Source of the DNA: an uncultured delta proteobacterium
GTDB lineage: Bacteria > Myxococcota > Myxococcia > Myxococcales > Myxococcaceae
NCBI GenBank assembly: GCA_963776345.1
Contig: CAVZMH010000015.1
Span: 352,001 to 416,000, forward strand
Reading direction: 5' to 3'
Length of the DNA stretch: 64,000 nucleotides
In this document: piece by piece, positions 57,297 through 64,000 of the stretch
How positions within the stretch are numbered: the stretch's first letter is position 1
Layout: each line of letters opens with the position of its first letter
The notes under the pieces: model-generated
Seen by the model: the letters and a program-made list of their open reading frames with translations, nothing else
Databases searched by the model: none
Told to the model about the DNA's origin: nothing
Made by a program: the position numbers and the translations under genes

Positions 57297-60089
57297 GTGG
57301 ACACCGTTCGCTCTCGCCGACCCTCGATTCCCGGCTTGCTCGTTCTGTGGCTGGCCCTGTCGACCACGCTGCTGCTCTCCGCGTGTTCGGGCTCGAGCAC
57401 GAAGACGCTCCAGTCGATCGGGGTGACTCCATCCAATCCCTCGCTCGGCGCCGGCACGACACTCCAGCTGACGGCGACCGGGACGTACTCCGACCAGTCC
57501 ACGCAGGACCTCACTCCCTCCGCCGCCTGGACGTCCTCGGATGCCGGCGTGGTCACCGTCTCCAGCGCCGGGCTGATCACCGCCGTCGCCCCCGGGTCCG
57601 CCACGGTCACCGCCACCAGCGGAAGCGTGGTTGGTTCGACCACCGTCACGGTGACCGCGGTGACGCTCCAGTCGATTGCACTGACCCCCGCCGCGCCCTC
57701 GATCGCCAAGGGGACCACGCAGCAGTTCACCGCCATGGGCAGCTTCTCCGACGGGAGCACTCAGAACCTCACCAGCCAGGCCACCTGGACCTCGTCCGCT
57801 CCCACCATCGCGACGGTCTCCAATGCCGCCGGATCGAAAGGACTCGGCACCGGCGTCGCGGTCGGGACGGCCACCATCAGCGCAGCACTGAACGGCGTCA
57901 CTGGCTCGACCACGCTGGCGGTGACCACCGCCACCCTGCAGTCCATCGGCGTCACTCCGGCCAACCCCTCGATCGCCAAGGGGACCACCCGGCAGTTCAC
58001 CGCCACCGGCACCTATTCAGACACCTCCACGCAGGACCTCACCACGCAGGTGACCTGGGCCTCCTCGGCGACCACCGTGGCCACCATCTCCAACGCCGCG
58101 GGCACCGCCGGGCGGGCCACCGCCATCGACGTGGGGCCGACGACCATCTCCGCCACGTTCGGAGGAACGACCGGCTCCACCGTCCTCACCGTGACCACGG
58201 CCGCCCTGCAGTCCATCGCCGTCACACCCCCCAACCCATCGGTGGCCAAGGGCAACACCGTGCAGTTCACCGCCACCGGGAGCTACTCCGACAACAGCAC
58301 CCACGACATCACCGGCCAGGTGACCTGGGCGTCCGCGACGACCTCCGTTGCCACCATCTCCAATGCCGCGGGGAGCCAGGGGCTGGCCAGCACGCTCGGG
58401 GTCGGGACCAGCACCATCTCCGCTTCGCTCGGAGGGACGACCGGCTCGACCGTCCTCACCGCGACCACGGCCACCCTGCAATCCATCGCCGTCACGCCGC
58501 CCAATCCATCGGCTGCCAAGGGCAGCACCCTGCAGTTCACCGCCACCGGCACCTATTCAGACACCTCGACGCAGGACCTCACCACGCAGGTGACCTGGAC
58601 CTCCGCGACGACCTCCGTGGCCAACATCTCCAATGCTGCCGGGTCGAAGGGCCTGGCCACCGCGGTGAACGTCGGAACCTCGACGGTCTCCGCCGCCCTC
58701 TCGGGAGTGACCGGATCCACCCTCCTTACCGTGACCGCGGCCACCCTGCAGGCCATCGCCGTCACGCCGACCAATCCCTCGGTCGCCAAGGGCAGCCCGG
58801 TACAATTCACTGCCACTGGCACGTTCTCGGACAACACCACTCAGGACATCACCAACCAGGTGACCTGGGCGTCCTCGGTGATCACCGTGGCCACCATCTC
58901 CAACGCTGCGGGGTCGAAGGGCCTGGCGAGCACGCTCCAGGTGGGAACCACCAGCATCTCCGCGGCGCTCTCGGGAAAGACCGGCGGATCGGCGCTGACC
59001 GTGACTGCGGCCACCCTCCAGTCGATCTCGGTCACCCCCGCCACTCCCAGTCGGCCGGCGCCGATCACCCTGGCCTTCACCGCCACCGGCATCTTCACCG
59101 ATGGAACGACCCAGGATCTGACGACCCAGGTCACGTGGTCGTCGTCCAGCCTGGGGGTGGCGACCATCTCCAACGCCGCGGGCTCGATCGGAGTGGCCAC
59201 TCCCGTTGCCCCTGGGACCACCACCATCCGCGCCACCCTGGGAACGGTAAGCGGATCGACGGTCTTCACCGTCACCTCCGCCACCCTGAACTCCATCGGC
59301 GTTACCCCGGCCAACCCCTCGATCGCCAAGGGCACCACCGAGCAGTTCACCGCCACCGGGAACTACTCGGACGGGAGCACCTTCGACCTCACCCAGACTG
59401 CCACCTGGGCCTCCTCGATGACCTCGGTGGCGACCATCTCCAATGCGGCGGGAACCAAGGGCAAGGCCAGTGCCGCCGGAGTCGGAACCACCTCCATCTC
59501 CGCCACCTTCGGTGGGAAGACTGGCTCGACCATCCTGACGGTGACTCCGGCCACCCTGGTGTCGCTCGCCGTGACCCCAACGGCTCCCTCCATCGCCCGT
59601 GGATTGACCCAGCAGTTCGTCGCCACCGGAACCTTCAGCGACGGCAGCACCCAGGTGTTGACCTCCACCGTCACCTGGTCGTCCAGCAACGCCGTGGTGG
59701 CGTCCATCGCCAACGTGGGCTCACCCGGCCTGGCCACCGGACTCTCGGTGGGGAGTTCCACCATCCAGGCCGCGGTGGGGACCATCACCGCTTCCGCGAC
59801 CCTCAAGGTGACCGACGCCATCCTGGTCTCGATCGCGGTGAGCCCGGACAATGTCACCATTCCCAGGACCACCACCGAGCAGTTCGCCGCGCTCGGAACC
59901 TTCAGCGACTCCGCAACGGCGGACCTCACCACGCAGGTGACCTGGAGCTCGTCGGACGACACCGTGATCGTCATCTCCAATGCCGCGCTCTCCCAGGGCC
60001 TTGCCACCGCCCTGGCAAAGGGCAACAACATCACCATCACCGCCACCAAGGGATCGGTGAGCGGGACGGCGACGGCCAAGGTCCCCTAG
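57297..60089 (+). CDS. lipoprotein with 10 tandem Big_2 Ig-like repeats (Lig-like adhesin)
   Basis: SD GGAGG + GTG; lipobox LSAC; ten ~90-aa repeats LQSI.VTP.NPSIAKG..QFTATG.YSD....D.T.QVTW.SS...VATISNAAG. Confidence 0.9.
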   Translation: MDTVRSRRPSIPGLLVLWLALSTTLLLSACSGSSTKTLQSIGVTPSNPSLGAGTTLQLTATGTYSDQSTQDLTPSAAWTSSDAGVVTVSSAGLITAVAPGSATVTATSGSVVGSTTVTVTAVTLQSIALTPAAPSIAKGTTQQFTAMGSFSDGSTQNLTSQATWTSSAPTIATVSNAAGSKGLGTGVAVGTATISAALNGVTGSTTLAVTTATLQSIGVTPANPSIAKGTTRQFTATGTYSDTSTQDLTTQVTWASSATTVATISNAAGTAGRATAIDVGPTTISATFGGTTGSTVLTVTTAALQSIAVTPPNPSVAKGNTVQFTATGSYSDNSTHDITGQVTWASATTSVATISNAAGSQGLASTLGVGTSTISASLGGTTGSTVLTATTATLQSIAVTPPNPSAAKGSTLQFTATGTYSDTSTQDLTTQVTWTSATTSVANISNAAGSKGLATAVNVGTSTVSAALSGVTGSTLLTVTAATLQAIAVTPTNPSVAKGSPVQFTATGTFSDNTTQDITNQVTWASSVITVATISNAAGSKGLASTLQVGTTSISAALSGKTGGSALTVTAATLQSISVTPATPSRPAPITLAFTATGIFTDGTTQDLTTQVTWSSSSLGVATISNAAGSIGVATPVAPGTTTIRATLGTVSGSTVFTVTSATLNSIGVTPANPSIAKGTTEQFTATGNYSDGSTFDLTQTATWASSMTSVATISNAAGTKGKASAAGVGTTSISATFGGKTGSTILTVTPATLVSLAVTPTAPSIARGLTQQFVATGTFSDGSTQVLTSTVTWSSSNAVVASIANVGSPGLATGLSVGSSTIQAAVGTITASATLKVTDAILVSIAVSPDNVTIPRTTTEQFAALGTFSDSATADLTTQVTWSSSDDTVIVISNAALSQGLATALAKGNNITITATKGSVSGTATAKVP

Positions 60090-60218
60090 AAGCCGGTCCG
60101 GATGCCGGGGCCCGCCCGGCTGATCCTGAGACGCTGGCTCCGACTCCGCTCTGGGCGGCACCGGCGACCAGTCGGTGAACTGCGCCCCATGCTAAAGACC
60201 GCGGCAGAAGGAGCAATC

Positions 60219-61541
60219 ATGCCCGAGGCAGAGAAGCTTCCTCCGGGGTCAAGCGGGTTGCCACTCGTTGGCGAGACGCTCCCGTTCATCTCCGACATGT
60301 TCGGGTTCATTCGCGCACGTACCGAGCGGTACGGGCCCGTCTTTCGTTCGAACATCCTCGGCCACCCCACCGCCTTCATCTCCGGGCCCGAGGTCACCGA
60401 CCAATGGCTCGACGAGAGCAAGATCCAGCGCGCGGACTCGTTTCCCGCGCCGGTGAGGCAGCTCTTCGGCGGGCCCGGGATCCTGCCGTTGATGGACGGC
60501 GCAGAGCACCGCCAGCGCAAGGAGCTGCTCATGGCGGCGTTCACGCGGGAGGCGCTCGCCAGCTACCTCCCCGCGCTGCAGCGAATCATCGAATCAGCCC
60601 TCTCGCGCTGGGCCACGGGCGTCGAGCGGCCGCTCCTGCCCCAGCTGAAGCTCCTCGCGGTCGAGGGTATCTGCGCCAACGTGCTCGGAATGGAGACAGG
60701 GCCGGAGCTGGAGCGGCTCGTGGCCGACTACGGCGTGCTCTTCAAGGGATTCACCGGCTTGCCCCTCGACCTGCCCGGCTTCTCGTTTCACGCTGCGCTG
60801 CAGGCGCGCGATCGCATCCTCGCGCAGCTCGCCGGGCAGGTGCAGCGTCACCAGGCGGGCAAGTTCGACGACGGCCTCTCTCGCGTGCTGGCGGCGCGCA
60901 CCGCCGACGGCAAGGGGATGGCCCCCGAGCACGCCACGAAGGAGATGCACCACGTGGTGCTGGCCGGGGTGATCGTCTTTGCCGAGCTGGGCGCGATGAT
61001 GCTCGAGCTGTCCAGACATCCCAAGGTGCGCGAGAAGCTGGTCGCCGAGGTGAAGGCGGCGGCCCCCGCGGGCCCGGTGACGCCCGCCCAGTTGCGGCAG
61101 ATGGCTTACCTCGATCAGGTGGTCATGGAGGTGAAGCGGACCTGCCCCAACGTGCCGGTCAGCTTCGGCCGGGCCAGGGTCCCCATCCACATCGGCGAGG
61201 CGACCATCCCGGCGGGCTGGAACGTGATGATGGCGATCGGCGAGCACAACCGGAACGCCATCTTCACCGAGCCGGAGAAGTTCGATCCCGATCGCTTCGG
61301 GGAGCCGCGCGCCGAGCAACGCCGGCACCCGCACGCGTTCGCGCCGCAGGGTGCCGGCTCGGTGCTCGGCGGACACAAGTGCGCGGGCTACGACTACTCG
61401 ACGGTGTTCATCCAGCTCTTCACGGTGCTGCTCGCGCGCGGATACGCGTGGGAGGTTCCGCCGCAGGATCTCTCGGTGAACCGCGCGCTGGTCCCGCCCG
61501 AGCTCAAGAGCGGGCTGCGGGTGGTGATCCGGAAGCTCTGA
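60219..61541 (+). CDS. cytochrome P450 (atypical)
   Basis: PPGSSGLPLVGETL; EVKR (ExxR); FDPDRF; heme loop FAPQGAGSVLGGHKCAG. Confidence 0.88.
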   Translation: MPEAEKLPPGSSGLPLVGETLPFISDMFGFIRARTERYGPVFRSNILGHPTAFISGPEVTDQWLDESKIQRADSFPAPVRQLFGGPGILPLMDGAEHRQRKELLMAAFTREALASYLPALQRIIESALSRWATGVERPLLPQLKLLAVEGICANVLGMETGPELERLVADYGVLFKGFTGLPLDLPGFSFHAALQARDRILAQLAGQVQRHQAGKFDDGLSRVLAARTADGKGMAPEHATKEMHHVVLAGVIVFAELGAMMLELSRHPKVREKLVAEVKAAAPAGPVTPAQLRQMAYLDQVVMEVKRTCPNVPVSFGRARVPIHIGEATIPAGWNVMMAIGEHNRNAIFTEPEKFDPDRFGEPRAEQRRHPHAFAPQGAGSVLGGHKCAGYDYSTVFIQLFTVLLARGYAWEVPPQDLSVNRALVPPELKSGLRVVIRKL

Positions 61542-61779
61542 GGTGCCGTGAGGTCCCGGCAAGGCGTTCATCCGGCCGCCCGGCTGTTCCGGTGGCCCTG
61601 AGCACCCTTTCCGAGCACCTCCGGCGGCTCCCTCACGGCCCGCACCCGAGACGGAGGGCGGAGTTCCTGCGGCGCCTTCGCCCTCGCCGCCGCGGCGAAC
61701 ATCACCGCCGCCACCCAGTGCCTGGCGCTGGTGGTGAGCCAGACCTCGGGCGGGGTCCGACTGTTCTGCGTAAGTACTG

Positions 61780-61851
61780 AGCGGGAAAAGGGATTTGAAC
61801 CCTCGACCCTCGCCTTGGCAAGGCGATGCTCTACCACTGAGCTATTCCCGC
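61780..61851 (-). tRNA. tRNA-Gly (anticodon GCC)
   Basis: GCGGGAATAGCTCAGTGGTAGAGCATCGCCTTGCCAAGGCGAGGGTCGAGGGTTCAAATCCCTTTTCCCGCT; full cloverleaf; CCA not encoded. Confidence 0.97.
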
Positions 61852-61866
61852 TGAACGACTCCGCGC

Positions 61867-61896
61867 CTGTTACCAATCGCCGGCCCCGGGGGTCAA
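61867..61896 (-). promoter_or_regulatory. sigma70-type promoter for tRNA-Gly
   Basis: TTGACC-18-TAACAG with extended -10 TGG, just upstream of the tRNA. Confidence 0.55.
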
Positions 61897-61964
61897 GCGC
61901 CCGCGGGCGAGGCGACCGCGCCCACGCGTGCTACATGCCTCCGCCCACCCCCGGGGAACCCTCC

Positions 61965-63215
61965 GTGCACACCCATCCATCGATCCGCCGCCCCTCCGTC
62001 CTCGCCGCGATGGCGCTGCTCGCCCTCCTGGGCTGCGGCGGCGGCTCCAATCCCGGGCCCGGAGGCGGCACCACGGTCACCGGCCAGGTGTTGGACGGCT
62101 TCGCCCAGCCGCTCCCCGGGCGCACGGTGCTCGTGGGCAGCCAGTCGACGACCAGCGACGCGAACGGCAAGTTCACCGTGAGCGGCGTCACCACACCGTA
62201 CGACGTGGTCGTCGTCGAGCCTGGGTCGGGCAAGGTTGCCACGGTGTACGCGCAGCTGACGCGCACCGATCCGAAGCTCCGCGACCTCGGGGCCACCAGC
62301 ACCCCGACCCGCCAGGCCACCCTCGGGGGGAACCTCTCCGGAGGTGACGCGCTCCCCACCCCCGACGCGACGTTGACCGGGGTGTCCTGGGGCTCGCCCG
62401 AGAGCTCCACCGGGTCCTACGTCACCAGCAGCCCCTACGCCTTCACCGTCGCCTGGTCCGGCCCGACCTCCATCACCGGCAGCGTGCACGCGCTCCAGTG
62501 GACGGTGGACCCGAGCGGCACCGTCACCGGCTACCGCTCGCACGCGGTGACCACCGGGGTGTCGCTCAGCGCCGGCAACGTGGTGAGCAACGCCAATCTG
62601 CTCCTGGCGGCGCCGCTGACCACCAACGTCTCTGGCAGCACCAGCGTCCCCGGCGGCTACACGATCGTCGACCGGACCGTCTACCTCACCTTCGACGACG
62701 GGGCATTCTTCCCCGTCAGCAGCGACGGCATCTCCAACCCTAGCTTCGACCTCCCGGTCCCCTCGGGCATCGGAGCCAGCGCGCAGATCAACGTCACCGC
62801 CGGCGACGGCGGCACCCAGACCTCGGCGCAGCTGTCCGGAGTGGCGCCCGGGACGACGGGCCTGGCGCTCACCCTCCCCGCTCCGGCGCTGGCCGCCACG
62901 CCCGCCGACGGGGCGACCGGCGTGGACACCGGCACCGACCTCGTCTGGAGCCCCGTCCCGAACGCCGTGCACCTCCTGATCCTGAGCGGTGGCTCGAGCG
63001 ATCCGACCTACATCGTGGTGAGCGGCGGCACGCGGGCCCGAATCCCCGACCTGACCGCGCAGGGCCTCGGGCTCCCCTCCGGGCGGCTGTACGACTGGGG
63101 GCTGGTCGCCGTCGGCCCGTCGCCGGGCATCGACGCCTTCACCGCCACCGGCGTCTTCCCCCGCGAGGGCTTCGGGTTCCAGACCGTCAGCAGCACGCAG
63201 TTCACGACCCGGTAG
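61965..63215 (+). CDS. lipoprotein with carboxypeptidase-regulatory-like and Ig/Fn3-like domains
   Basis: Lipobox LLGC; TVTGQVLD..QPLPG..V..TTSDANGKFTV; PADGATGVD. Confidence 0.7.
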   Translation: MHTHPSIRRPSVLAAMALLALLGCGGGSNPGPGGGTTVTGQVLDGFAQPLPGRTVLVGSQSTTSDANGKFTVSGVTTPYDVVVVEPGSGKVATVYAQLTRTDPKLRDLGATSTPTRQATLGGNLSGGDALPTPDATLTGVSWGSPESSTGSYVTSSPYAFTVAWSGPTSITGSVHALQWTVDPSGTVTGYRSHAVTTGVSLSAGNVVSNANLLLAAPLTTNVSGSTSVPGGYTIVDRTVYLTFDDGAFFPVSSDGISNPSFDLPVPSGIGASAQINVTAGDGGTQTSAQLSGVAPGTTGLALTLPAPALAATPADGATGVDTGTDLVWSPVPNAVHLLILSGGSSDPTYIVVSGGTRARIPDLTAQGLGLPSGRLYDWGLVAVGPSPGIDAFTATGVFPREGFGFQTVSSTQFTTR

Positions 63216-63218
63216 GGC

Positions 63219-63908
63219 TCAGACCTCGGCCGAGCCGCTCCCGTCTCCCCGGCGCGCCAGCATCTGCAGGAAGCCGCGGAAGTACACCCCCGCGCTCCAG
63301 AGGCTGAAGAGCACGCTGAGGTAGGTCAGCGCCTGGCCGACGTCCTTGAAGCTCACCGGCCCGTGCCAGACCCAGAGGTCGATCTCGTGCCGGTAGTGGA
63401 CCAGGAGGGCGACGATGCCCACCAGCTGCAGGGCCGTCTTCCACTTCCCCTCCTGGCCCGCGGCGATGACCATCCCCTCGCTGGCGGCGATCTGCCGGAG
63501 CCCGGTGACCACGAACTCGCGCGAGAGCAGGAGGATGGCCACCCACGCCGGGAAGCGGCCCAGGCGCACCAGCATCACCATCGCCGCGAGGACGATCAGC
63601 TTGTCGGCGAGCGGGTCGAGGAACTTGCCGATGACGGTGACCAGTCCCATCCGCCGCGCGAGCCATCCGTCCACCACGTCGGTGATCGCCGCCACCGCGA
63701 ACAGCGCGCCGGCGAGCAGCGAGGCCAGCGGGTTCGCCTGGTACGCCAGCTCGATGAACAGCGGGATGATCAGGATCCGCCCGAAGGTCAGGAGGTTCGG
63801 GACGTTCCACAGCTCCTTGAGCAGCACCCCCGGGGGGCGACGCTCCCGGCCCGGCCGGCGCCGGCGGCGCTTCCGTCGTCCTTCCCGCGGTGCCGGGGGC
63901 TCGGCCAC
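63219..63908 (-). CDS. pgsA: CDP-diacylglycerol--glycerol-3-phosphate 3-phosphatidyltransferase
   Basis: NVPNLLTFGRI, AITDVVDGWLARR, GKFLDPLADK, REFVVTGLR, GKWKT. Confidence 0.95.
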   Translation of the reverse strand: MAEPPAPREGRRKRRRRRPGRERRPPGVLLKELWNVPNLLTFGRILIIPLFIELAYQANPLASLLAGALFAVAAITDVVDGWLARRMGLVTVIGKFLDPLADKLIVLAAMVMLVRLGRFPAWVAILLLSREFVVTGLRQIAASEGMVIAAGQEGKWKTALQLVGIVALLVHYRHEIDLWVWHGPVSFKDVGQALTYLSVLFSLWSAGVYFRGFLQMLARRGDGSGSAEV

Positions 63909-64000
63909 GCCCCGGGCTTACTCCACGTGTGGCCGCGTTGGCGACGCCGAACCCGGGGAGTACGCTCCACGGCCTTGATGCGGCGCACGGGGACAGCGAT

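Noticed and set aside
57400..60080. 270-bp periodic repeats as a CRISPR array or non-coding repeat
   Set aside because: The repeats are in-frame Ig domains with synonymous divergence; there is no repeat-spacer structure and no cas genes.

Overview
High-GC bacterial chromosomal window, most likely Myxococcota/Anaeromyxobacter-like (inferred from gene content and style). Single-base indels break at least eight otherwise intact genes (amidohydrolase, sortase and its substrate, CAP protein, ASCH, hemN, M13 peptidase, large Ig protein), which points to long-read assembly errors rather than true pseudogenes. The core is a roughly 25-kb respiratory region. An alternative complex III operon (actA-F, minus strand) and a cbb3 oxidase operon (ccoI-S-NO-Q-P-G, plus strand) diverge from a 51-bp spacer that holds two overlapping sigma54-like promoters, and hemN-hemJ and korAB lie downstream. 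The act operon is headed by a NarC-like diheme cytochrome c and a NarI-like membrane protein. That protein keeps only the two His ligands of the periplasm-side heme and has lost both ligands of the cytoplasm-side heme, making it a candidate extra quinol-oxidising module. Other highlights: an exported rhodanese with an in-frame UGA plus SECIS-like hairpin (selenoprotein truncated by the ORF track); a sortase with an adjacent MPKTA substrate in a diderm organism; a cluster of Ig-repeat surface proteins including a LigA-like 10-repeat lipoprotein; an atypical P450 lacking the I-helix acid-Thr pair; a 28-bp direct repeat; a 23-bp inverted repeat; and tRNA-Gly(GCC) near pgsA.
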